Source of the DNA: a candidate division FCPU426 bacterium
GTDB taxonomy: Bacteria; Oederibacteriota; JAAXVQ01; JAUVAV01
Assembly (NCBI GenBank): GCA_040756875.1
Contig: JBFLYH010000002.1
Coordinates: 318,526-382,525, forward strand
Reading direction: 5' to 3'
Length of the DNA: 64,000 nucleotides
The position numbers were made by a program, and so were the translations under genes. The notes beneath the pieces are model-generated. The model was not told the origin of the DNA and ran no database searches. It saw only the letters and a program-made list of their open reading frames with translations. This document shows, piece after piece, positions 28,342-37,500 of the stretch (position 1 is its first letter; each line of letters starts with the position of its first letter).

Positions 28342-28937
28342 TATTCCTCCCCGACCTTGAAGCGGACGAACCGCCGGACCTGGATGTTCTCGCCGGTTTT
28401 GGACACGGTTTCAGCCACCAGGGCGTTGACTTTGCGCGCCGGTTCCTTGATGTAGGGCTGCTCCAGCAGGCAGGTCTCCTCGAAATACTTCTCGAGTTTG
28501 CCGTTGATGATCTTCTCGAGGATCTCCGGCGGCTTCTTGGTTTCGCCCATCTGGGCCTTGTAAATGTCGCGCTCGCGCTGGATCACCTCGTCCGGGACCT
28601 CTTCACGCCGCACGTACTGGGGGTTGGAAGCCGCCACCTGCATGGCCAGCTCCCTCGACAGGCTCAGGAACGCGTCGGTTTTGGCCACGAAATCGGTTTC
28701 GCAGTTGACCTCCAGCAGCACGCCGAGCTTTCCGCCCGCGTGAATGTAGGAAGCCACGATCCCATCCGCGGCCACGCGGCCGGCTTTTTTGGTGGCGCTG
28801 GCCAAACCCCGTTCGCGCAGATAGATGATCGCCTTCTCCATGTCACCACCCGACTCCTGCAGGGCGGCCTTGCACTCCATCATACCCACTCCGGTTTTAT
28901 CGCGCAGTTCCTTGACCGCGCCGGCTGAAATCGTCAT
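28341..28937 (-). CDS. tsf: Elongation factor Ts (short, 198-aa form)
   Basis: [26 protein letters not shown]. Confidence 0.96.
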   Translation of the reverse strand: MTISAGAVKELRDKTGVGMMECKAALQESGGDMEKAIIYLRERGLASATKKAGRVAADGIVASYIHAGGKLGVLLEVNCETDFVAKTDAFLSLSRELAMQVAASNPQYVRREEVPDEVIQRERDIYKAQMGETKKPPEILEKIINGKLEKYFEETCLLEQPYIKEPARKVNALVAETVSKTGENIQVRRFVRFKVGEE

Positions 28938-28985
28938 GGCCTTCCTCCTTGATGAATACCTGCTGCGTTCTCGACCGCTCCCGAA

Positions 28986-29795
28986 CTATACTTCCGAGCC
29001 AACCGCGCTTTCCTCGGTTTCGCTTTCTTCCGTTTCGCCTTTATCAACCGCCGTTCCCTCGGCTGCGACCGCGAATTCGTCGGCTTTGCTTTCGCGCTCC
29101 AGGGCCTGGCGCCGGGCTTCCAGCCCTTCCAGGGCGGATTCAGCCACCAGGCTGGAAATCAAGCGGACCGCCCGGATGGCGTCGTCGTTCCCCGGAATGA
29201 TGTAATCCACTTCGTCCGGATCGCAATTGGTGTCCACGACGGCCACGATCGGAATGCCCAAACGGCGGCATTCGGCGATGGCGTTGTGTTCCTTCTTGGT
29301 GTCGACCACGAAGATCGCGCCCGGCAGCTCCTCCATATCCTTGATGCCGCTCAGGGTCTTCTGCATCTTCGCCAGTTCCTTGACCGCCAGCAACTTTTCC
29401 TTTTTAGGCAGGTTGTCCAGCGTGCCGTCGGCCAGCTGGGCTTCCAGGGCTTTCATGCGCGTGATGGTCTTGCGGATGGTTTGGAAATTCGTGAGGGTTC
29501 CGCCCAGCCAACGCTGGTTCACAAAGAACATGCTGCAGCGGCTGGCTTCTTCCTGGATGGAATCCTTGGCCTGTTTCTTGGTGCCGACGAAAATGATTTT
29601 TTGTCCGCTGGCAGCCACATCCTTGACAAAACGCGTGGCTTCTTTGAGTTTTTTGACGGTTTTCTGCAGGTCGATGATGTAGATGCCGTTGCGCTCGCCG
29701 TAGATGTAGCGTTCCATCTTGGGGTTCCAGCGCCGGGTTTGGTGCCCGAAATGAACCCCAGCTTCCAGCAATTGCTTCATAGAAATATTGACCAT
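28986..29795 (-). CDS. rpsB: 30S ribosomal protein S2
   Basis: [52 protein letters not shown] before ATG 29795. Confidence 0.97.
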   Translation of the reverse strand: MVNISMKQLLEAGVHFGHQTRRWNPKMERYIYGERNGIYIIDLQKTVKKLKEATRFVKDVAASGQKIIFVGTKKQAKDSIQEEASRCSMFFVNQRWLGGTLTNFQTIRKTITRMKALEAQLADGTLDNLPKKEKLLAVKELAKMQKTLSGIKDMEELPGAIFVVDTKKEHNAIAECRRLGIPIVAVVDTNCDPDEVDYIIPGNDDAIRAVRLISSLVAESALEGLEARRQALERESKADEFAVAAEGTAVDKGETEESETEESAVGSEV

Positions 29796-29799
29796 ACTG

Positions 29800-29890
29800 C
29801 CTCCTGACGGTTTTGCCTCCGCCGCGTTCAACCCGTCCGGAATCCCCAGCGGGGACACTGCCGGATCGGTCCAGCGGCGTGCGTAGTGGG
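29800..29890 (-). ncRNA. rpsB 5' leader (S2 autoregulatory / T44-like RNA)
   Basis: Leader reads CGCACGCCGC...CCCCGCTGGGG...GCGGCGGAGGCAAAACC, resembling the conserved GGAGGC.AAACC 3' motif of S2 leaders, with a pairing CGCCGC/GCGGCG stem. Confidence 0.6.
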
Positions 29891-29918
29891 TCTCAGGGCG
29901 AGACCAATGGAACGGCGG

Positions 29919-29948
29919 ATATTAGCACAATCGGAGGGGAGATGGCAA
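29919..29948 (-). promoter_or_regulatory. Putative sigma70 promoter for rpsB-tsf
   Basis: TTGCCA, 18-bp spacer, extended -10 TGcTAATAT. Confidence 0.5.
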
Positions 29949-29986
29949 GGGGATTTTAACCTTAAATGCAGGCTAAAATAATGAAA

Positions 29987-30031
29987 CCCTCTCCCCGGCG
30001 AAGCTGTGGGAGAGGGTGGGGGTGAGGGGTC
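29987..30031. repeat. REP-like palindrome
   Basis: CCCTCTCCC...GGGAGAGGG followed by TGGGGGTGAGGGG. A second small palindrome CCCCTCCAGGGAGGGG lies near 30078-30093. Confidence 0.55.
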
Positions 30032-30120
30032 CCGCAATTCTCATTTTGGAATGCTCATCAGAGTCTTGTATCCCCTGCCCCTCCAGGGAGGGGAATTTTA
30101 ATAATGAATTTGGTGGGATT

Positions 30121-31167
30121 TTACGGTAGCAACCCGGGCCCGGTCAGGCCCAGGGATTCCGGCAAGCCGGCGAGCAGGTTGAGATTCTGAATCGCCTGCC
30201 CCGAGGCGCCTTTGATCAAATTGTCCAGGCTGGCCACCGCGATTGCGGTCTGTGTGCGTTCGTCCGCCAGCACGCTCACCAGGCAGCGGTTGGTGCCCAC
30301 GGCCGAGGCCAATTCCGGCAGGCCCGAAGGCGCGGTGCGCACCTCCACGAAAGGCTCGTTCCGGTAAAAATCCTGATAAAGCCTGGTTAATTCGGCTGTG
30401 GTGGAATGGTTAAGCAACCGGGCGTAAGCCACGGATAGAATCCCCCGCCGTGCCGGCACCAGATGGGGCGAAAAGGTGATAACCACTTCCCTGCCGCCGG
30501 CCATTTTCAGCGACTGTTCCATTTCCGGTGTATGCTGGTGCACGCCCACTTTGTAGGGAATGATATTCTCCGAAACCCGCGCGAACTGGGTCTCATATTG
30601 GACCTTCCGGCCGGCGCCGCTGACGCCGGACTTGGCGTCCACCAGAATATGCTGGCAGTCCACGAGGCCGGTTTTGACCAGGGGAAATAGCGACAGCACC
30701 ACGGAGGTGACATAACACCCCGGATTGGCAATCAACTTGGCGCCCCGGATTTTGTCCCGGAAGAGTTCCGGCAGGCCGTAAACCGCCTGGCCGGCCAGTT
30801 CCTTGGCGGTGTGGGGGTGCTTGTACCAGGCTTCATATACGGACGTGTCATGGAACCTGAAATCGCCGGACAGGTCAATCACCTTCGCGCCCGAGGCCAC
30901 CAGACCCGGCGTAAGTTTAAGCGACTCGCCGTGTGGTACGGCCAGAAAAACCACATCTGCGCTTTTGGGGGAAAGGTCGGCGTCCGACAGTTTGCGCAGC
31001 ACCATGTCCCCGGCCGCTCCCAGCGCCGGATACAGGTCTCCCAGCTTCTGGCCGGCAAAGGAATCCGAGGTGGCCGCCACCACCTTGGCTTCGGGATGCA
31101 GGGACAGTAGGCGCACCAATTCCGCGCCCGTGTAACCGCTGGCGCCCACTATCGCGATTCTGATCAT
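30121..31167 (-). CDS. argC: N-acetyl-gamma-glutamyl-phosphate reductase
   Basis: IVGASGYTG, DLSGDFR, YGLPEL, IANPGCY, SGVSGAGR, DNLIKGASGQA. Confidence 0.96.
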   Translation of the reverse strand: MIRIAIVGASGYTGAELVRLLSLHPEAKVVAATSDSFAGQKLGDLYPALGAAGDMVLRKLSDADLSPKSADVVFLAVPHGESLKLTPGLVASGAKVIDLSGDFRFHDTSVYEAWYKHPHTAKELAGQAVYGLPELFRDKIRGAKLIANPGCYVTSVVLSLFPLVKTGLVDCQHILVDAKSGVSGAGRKVQYETQFARVSENIIPYKVGVHQHTPEMEQSLKMAGGREVVITFSPHLVPARRGILSVAYARLLNHSTTAELTRLYQDFYRNEPFVEVRTAPSGLPELASAVGTNRCLVSVLADERTQTAIAVASLDNLIKGASGQAIQNLNLLAGLPESLGLTGPGLLP

Positions 31168-31304
31168 GGCTGATTCCTCAGAGAATGAATATCAGGATTA
31201 TATAATGTATAAACAGGGGAAACCAGGAATATTTATCTCTTCGTCAAATACCCTTTCGCGTGCCCCAAAACAATTCAACGGCCCGGGGTTTTGAGCACCA
31301 CAAC

Positions 31305-31487
31305 TCAGATGGATTTGCTGACCTTCTTGAAAATTTCCAGGAGTTCGGCCCGGGTGATTTTATATTCCGACTTGCCGCCTTTGGTTGGCTTGATATATTT
31401 TTTATACTCCTTGGTAACCTTGGAAAATATTTCCAGCAGTTCTTCCGGGCTGATCGTGCGATCGTCGTCTTTCATGAAAAGAGGCAC
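31305..31487 (-). CDS. Small hypothetical protein with an internal duplication
   Basis: TISPEELLEIFSKVTK and KITRAELLEIFKKVSK repeats. AAGGAG upstream; start could be GTG 31487 or ATG 31475. Confidence 0.5.
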   Translation of the reverse strand: MPLFMKDDDRTISPEELLEIFSKVTKEYKKYIKPTKGGKSEYKITRAELLEIFKKVSKSI

Positions 31488-31564
31488 GCTCCTTTGGCCA
31501 GAAATGAAATAACCTCATTTTCTCCGAAGGCTATAAACCATTTTAACCTATTAGCGGCCAAATA

Positions 31565-31606
31565 AAAAGGCGCTTGCCCTGGTTCGCAAACCAAGGCAAG
31601 CGCCTT
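31565..31606 (-). terminator. Intrinsic terminator after the lipoprotein gene
   Basis: AAGGCGCTTGCC...GGCAAGCGCCTT hairpin followed by a T-run on the minus strand. Confidence 0.75.
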
Positions 31607-31611
31607 GAGGC

Positions 31612-32772
31612 TTATTCAGTAAAGCGGTCGGAGAAGTCGGTTTTGGGGTAGTTCCAGATTTTAATATTATCTATATAATTTCGTAACACCCAGGTATGTG
31701 AAACTCTTTCGCCGATTTCAACATATTGTGGAAATGCATAGGTTGGTAGTGGATTGACTTCATTGTAATAAGCAGGAGCACCAATATCCTGGCCATCAAC
31801 GTACAATTTAACTTTTTGGCCGCTCGCAGCCGATAAATCTACAACATAAGCAATGTGTTCGATTAAACCATCTACTAAATATTCATGTGGATACCACAAA
31901 TAGATGATTGAGCTCTCCGGTGTATAATTCCATAATAATTGCAATCCCAGTTGAGGTGCGGCTCCTGCTGTTTGATTCGCATTTATAAAAAACACTTTAT
32001 TCCCAACGCTATTTTCATTCTCATGAGCCATTAGAAACGAATAATCCTCATTTCCAGCTTCCCGCCATTTTGTCCAAAATTCAATCGCAAATCCCGAATA
32101 CTCATCAGACCCAAATAAATTGTTATATATTATATAAGTATAACTCGTCGGAAAATAACCAGCTCCACCATCATGCTGCACTTGATCATAATTAGGAGTT
32201 CCGACAATAACCCCAGGGACGCCAACTTCACTATTTTGAACCTCATCTGGATTGCCCAACCTATTCCAAAATATCAGTCCCTCCGGTATCGGCGGCACAG
32301 GGATATCAACATTCACGATCAAGGTGCCGGTATTGTTTTCCGGCGGATTCCCCTGGCCTGGAGGCGTAGGTTGGGGCGTGATGCTTCCCAGATCATCGGT
32401 GACCGCAACCATGACTTCCGTGGTTTTGTTGGGTTTGACCACTGCCTCGGCCGCGCCGGCGTAAATCAACACACCTTGAGCATTAAATAGCTCAACGTAG
32501 ATGTCCCAATGCCCCAGATGCACCGCTTCAAAAACCACTTGCCCGTTCTCGCCGTTGATCACCAAAGGTTCCTGGTGATAGAACATGCCCTTGGTGATAG
32601 TTACCTGGCCCGAAGCCACCTTCTCGCTACCCGGTGCGCCGACGCTCTGGGCTTTCATAGATGAACCCAGGGCGCTCATGCCCGCAGGCGCGACCGGATT
32701 GTTCTGCGCGCAGCCGGCCAACACCAAGCCTGCTATTCCCAGCAATAAGCCGATGCTGTATAGCTTTTTCAT
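31612..32772 (-). CDS. Lipoprotein with C-terminal LamG/ConA-like jelly-roll domain
   Basis: Lipobox LAGC. FAIEFW...HIAYV...KLYVDG...IG...IDNIKIWN pattern. Confidence 0.7.
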   Translation of the reverse strand: MKKLYSIGLLLGIAGLVLAGCAQNNPVAPAGMSALGSSMKAQSVGAPGSEKVASGQVTITKGMFYHQEPLVINGENGQVVFEAVHLGHWDIYVELFNAQGVLIYAGAAEAVVKPNKTTEVMVAVTDDLGSITPQPTPPGQGNPPENNTGTLIVNVDIPVPPIPEGLIFWNRLGNPDEVQNSEVGVPGVIVGTPNYDQVQHDGGAGYFPTSYTYIIYNNLFGSDEYSGFAIEFWTKWREAGNEDYSFLMAHENENSVGNKVFFINANQTAGAAPQLGLQLLWNYTPESSIIYLWYPHEYLVDGLIEHIAYVVDLSAASGQKVKLYVDGQDIGAPAYYNEVNPLPTYAFPQYVEIGERVSHTWVLRNYIDNIKIWNYPKTDFSDRFTE

Positions 32773-32901
32773 TTTGCCTCCCGAGATAGATTAAGATGGT
32801 TTTAAGATTATTTGCAGCCAGCCTCCCTCTGCGGCGAACCCCTTTTTACTCGTCCACTTTCGAATCGCGCAATTCTCATGCATTATTAGGCTAAATAGAG
32901 C

Positions 32902-34578
32902 TTATAATTCCATATGAACGCCCAGCAAAATATTCACTAGGCTTTCTTGAGGCTCTGGCGAGGACTTGGGTTCGCTGTATTTATTGTCGACAATAACCAA
33001 CAGATCCAGATTCATGCCTTCTATAATGTACGCACCCACCCCAGCGGAAATACGACCTGTGTACAGTTTCAAATCAACCACATTGCCGTCATTGTCCATA
33101 GCCCCGTCTTTATAGGTTGTCTGCAGCAAAGCATATCCCGCCCGAACCGCCAATTCGGGAATGGGCAGGAATTCAGCGCCCACGCGGAAGTTGTTGATTA
33201 TTCCGCCTTCCGAGGATGTTTTTCCCAAGCTATTTCCATCCAAGTCATACCTCTCCGTCTCGCTTTTACTGGCGCTGTTTTCGTACTGTAAAGCGCCCTG
33301 AAACTGCTTGCCGAGCGTTTGTACTCCAATTCCCACGGCAAAAGAACCCGAGTTGGTTACCGACGTGGAATTTTTATATGTCGCGTTTGGATCAGCAAAG
33401 GTGGGATCGTGCAAAAAGTACTCTCCATTGCCGCTGCCCCAGGTGGAATAGGAAAGGCCGGGCAATAGAACGACATCTTCCGCCACAGCGATTTTGCCGC
33501 GAACCACCGGGGTAATGCCCCATTGCTGCAATGCTTTCGTTTTTTGATCCGTATTGACCGGCCGTGCCGAAGGCGCCAAGGCGTCAAAACCCTGGTATTC
33601 AACTTTTCGATGATATTCATTCATTAAATAATCGAACAGCAACCCGGCCGAAAGCCAGCCGCCCAGATCGTAAATAGCTTCCGCATCGACAACCACGGGC
33701 ATTTGCGTGAGCGTTCGTTTGCTGGATACATCCCCAAGGACAGGATCATTGCCCTCCAAAACAACCGTCCCATTGTATGAACCTAGTATATCGGCCGAAG
33801 CAACCAAATACGTCCCAGCGTCAACCCCGAACCCCGGCGAGGTATCTTCTCCGCTAACGCCCAAGCCCAGGGTTAATTTGTCATCTCCTCCCAGATTCTT
33901 CACTTCATAAGCCAGAGCAGTGCGCCAATAAAGGTCACTGGATGCAACCTCAAATTTGGTCGTGGTGGCGCCTGCCAAAATCATTCCGCCAGGCATCCAC
34001 ATAACTGAGGCCAAATTGAAACTGCCCAGCAAGGAATCGGGTTTGGCGTTTGCACCCAGATAGGAAACCGCCGCTCCCAATGCCAGCCCTATGTCCAACT
34101 TATAAGCTGCGGATATCCCGCCGCCGTATAGATAGGATTTTAATTGATCAGTCCACTCGCCCGCGGAGGAAGCGCTTCGATCACTGATGTATTTGGCCGA
34201 CCCTTCCACGCTTGCTTGCACAACCGTGTTTTCATCAAGCCAGCAAGCAAGGCCTTGATATTCTCCGCCCGGCCGACCGGCTCCTATATCGCCGTATTTT
34301 AATTCCCACTCAGAAGTCGGGAAATCGAGCTTCCAATCTTGCGAATAGTAATTCAATCCGTAATCCAGCCGGTTCTTCTTTTCATCGAACGCCCTGCCAG
34401 CCACGTTTTGATGATTGAATATCGTTAAAGCGGTGGTCTCGTCCTCGATTCCCAACGTGGCGTTTCCCATGCTTTGCACTCTGACACCGGCATTGGTAGG
34501 CCAGCGCAACGCAATCGCGGGATTTGTACAAACACATATAACAGTGACAGTCAAACTTGCCAGCATCGCTTTTCTCAT
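32902..34578 (-). CDS. Outer-membrane beta-barrel protein (FadL/PorV-superfamily-like)
   Basis: Signal peptide, GVRVQSMGNA N-terminal motif, alternating amphipathic strands, RVGAEF...LAVRAGY. Confidence 0.65.
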   Translation of the reverse strand: MRKAMLASLTVTVICVCTNPAIALRWPTNAGVRVQSMGNATLGIEDETTALTIFNHQNVAGRAFDEKKNRLDYGLNYYSQDWKLDFPTSEWELKYGDIGAGRPGGEYQGLACWLDENTVVQASVEGSAKYISDRSASSAGEWTDQLKSYLYGGGISAAYKLDIGLALGAAVSYLGANAKPDSLLGSFNLASVMWMPGGMILAGATTTKFEVASSDLYWRTALAYEVKNLGGDDKLTLGLGVSGEDTSPGFGVDAGTYLVASADILGSYNGTVVLEGNDPVLGDVSSKRTLTQMPVVVDAEAIYDLGGWLSAGLLFDYLMNEYHRKVEYQGFDALAPSARPVNTDQKTKALQQWGITPVVRGKIAVAEDVVLLPGLSYSTWGSGNGEYFLHDPTFADPNATYKNSTSVTNSGSFAVGIGVQTLGKQFQGALQYENSASKSETERYDLDGNSLGKTSSEGGIINNFRVGAEFLPIPELAVRAGYALLQTTYKDGAMDNDGNVVDLKLYTGRISAGVGAYIIEGMNLDLLVIVDNKYSEPKSSPEPQESLVNILLGVHMEL

Positions 34579-34597
34579 TAAATCCTCCTTGGCATCT

Positions 34598-37500
34598 TTA
34601 ATTGATCAGTGCCACTTTTTTCCTTTGTTCCAAGACCACTTTACCCGCACTGTCCGTAATCCTAATCCTACAAATATATATCCCCGGCGCCACGCCGGCA
34701 GCCTCCCAGGTCGTGGTCAGGGTCTGCCCGGCCCCGCCGTCCTTGCGTTCTTCAATATGCACCACCCGCTCACCGGTCAGGCGGTAGATATCGATCTCCA
34801 CCTTCCCTGCCCCGCTCAGCGTATACGCGAAGCGTACTTTTCCGCGGGCCGGGTTGGGATAGGCCATTACCTTGCCGCTTTCCAGCCAGGGCGCCTGCGT
34901 CGGCGTTGCGGTCGGAGTGAGCGTTGGCGTCAGCGTGGGCGATTGCGTGAACGTGGGCGTTAGGGTGATCGTGGGCGTGTGGCTGGGGATCAATTCCACC
35001 ATGGCCGCCATGGCCGCTTGGCCGTTGGCCAGGGCTTCTTCTTCGTTATCATAAACCATCTCCTGTCCCTCGAGCCCTGTCCCATCCTCAGCACTTGCAC
35101 CTTTTATCTTCCCGGGCAACACAATGATCACGATATATTTCCGGCCACCCAGGCCAAGATTGTCCACTTTTATGATGTTCAGATCCAAGCGCTCGTCCGA
35201 GGCGCTAAATACTGCGCCGGCTGGCTCAGCATTGGCCCCTGTCAGAACGTAGGTTTCCGGTTCCCCTGCGAATGTGCCGCTGCCAAGCAGAACCTGATAA
35301 TGCACGCGGATATTGGGCTGGGGTTCTTGATGGTATTTCGATATAGCCAGCAAGTTCTGACTATGACCGGGATTCATGACATGACCCTGCTCTGGCCAAG
35401 CTTTGATCTGCTGGGGCGTACGCGGCGTCGGTGTGATTGTGGGCGTCGTTGTCATCGTACTGGTTTCGGTAATTGTAGGAGTCGTGGTCAAAGTCGCGGT
35501 GACTGTTGCGGTCGGTGTAATCGTGGAGGTGGGCGAAGGCGTGGGCGTGTAATTGAGGACCACCACCCAAGGCTGCAGGATCGTCTCCGCCTGCGTGAAG
35601 TCGCCGTTTCCGATCGCCGCGTTGGCCGCATCCGCCGCGGCCTGGGCATCCGGATCATTGGCCAGGTTGTGGCGGATCATATAGATCCAATACGGCACCC
35701 ACCAATCGCCGCTGTTGGGCGCCTTGTTTTTGATCGCCGCTACGCCGTCCCGGGTCAGATCCAGGTACCGGAACAACGCCTCGCGGGGAGTACTAAAACT
35801 CATGCTTGCGGCCATGACCACATTGGCCAAGGGGCTGAAGCGGGCCGCGCCTTTGAGCAGTGCGGAAGCGATGCTCGCTCCCTTCATCCCGCGCACCGAA
35901 CCGCCGGTCACTCCCAAGTAATCGAAACTGAATTCCACCGACGGCTCGATGTTTGTACCTTCAAACCAGTCGTTCCAGGAGGCGATCTGGACCACCGGAT
36001 AGCCGTTGGCCCTGACTCTATTCAGGTGATACGGGAAGAGGTACTCGTTCCCTTCCTTGCGCGGGATGCCGCGCCGGATGCCAGCGCCCCACCCCATCAC
36101 GCCCCCGTCGTCAAAGCCCGGCCAGGCGCCGCTCCCGACAAAGCTGTACTCTCCGCTTAAAACCTTGTAACGGGCATTGAGGTCTTGACCGGACCATATG
36201 GATGTTTCCAGGCTGAAATCGTTGTAGACATCATAGGGCGGGTTTGCGGGACCAGTGATCACTGGCCAGTCAAAAAACCCTTCGAACACATCTTTATATT
36301 TAACACTCCCGCCTTCCAACTCGGCCGAATGTTCGGTTTGGCGGATACTCGTAACCAAGATAGGCGACACCCCGCCATGCGCAGTTGTCCAGGCATCTTT
36401 CCAGTCTTTCAGTTCCTGCGCTGACAAACGGCCATAACCCCGGGTGCCAAAGTTTTCCTCATAGCTGAAGATATATACAACTGGCCGGCCGTTGATTTTG
36501 TATTGAACGCCATCATAGCCAGCTTCCAGGAACAGCTCCAGCCAATGAGTGAGGTCATTCTTGGCCGCTGCGGCGGTATCAGCCCGGTTGCTCCAATTCA
36601 CCCATTTCCACTGGGTTTTATCCTCGTAGACCATGAGCGCGCTGAAATGACGCCGGGTCTCGTCCTTGAACTGCTGCAAGTAACCCCGCATCGCGCCGAC
36701 ATGCCAGGACTCCACGCCGGGCTGCAAAACCCCGCCGGTTATTTGATAGTAGGATTGCAGATCAAACGTACCGCCGTCCATATCCGCGTAGATCAGTTCG
36801 TTACGATGGGCTTCCACCAGCGCCGGATCCGTCGTATCCCACGGCCCCCCCAGGTTGTAATCCGGCGTGACGTCCGGGTCGGGATTGGGGAAATAGGGAT
36901 AGTAGACCGAGGCAACATCGCGTTTATTCGGCGCAACCAGGTTGTCGGGATTGTGCCCATTCTCGTTCCAGCCATGCCACTGGTTGTCGTCTTGGGCTGT
37001 ATAGACGTTGGGATTCCCGAAACTCATCATGAAGTGCCCCAACACCACGGGCGTAGCCTGGTCCATCAGGGAGCTGTGAACCGGAGTGGGTTCGGGCGTA
37101 TATCCCGGGAAAGGTTTTCGCACTTTAACATAATCCACAACCACATTCTTGCCGCCACTGCCTTCCACCACGATTTCCAGCGAGAAACTGTGCGTCCCAG
37201 TCCAGCTCCAGCCAGTAATGGCCATGAAATCAAATGTATAGATACCCGGCTGGCTGGCGCCTGATGGATTGAGATTCACATATAACCAAGCACCCTCGTT
37301 TTGCCGGATACTGAGTTTCCAGTCGGCATTTATGGAAACCTCAGCCACCGAAATTTCCGCGACATGATACGTGGTTACGTCGCAAGTGATGGCTCCGGTT
37401 TCCACCTTGCCCCACGAATCCGCGGAGGTTTTGGTGACCGCGCCGTAGGAATTCGTGGCGGCATAACCTTGCAGAACGTTATAGCGATTTGGCCACAGTC

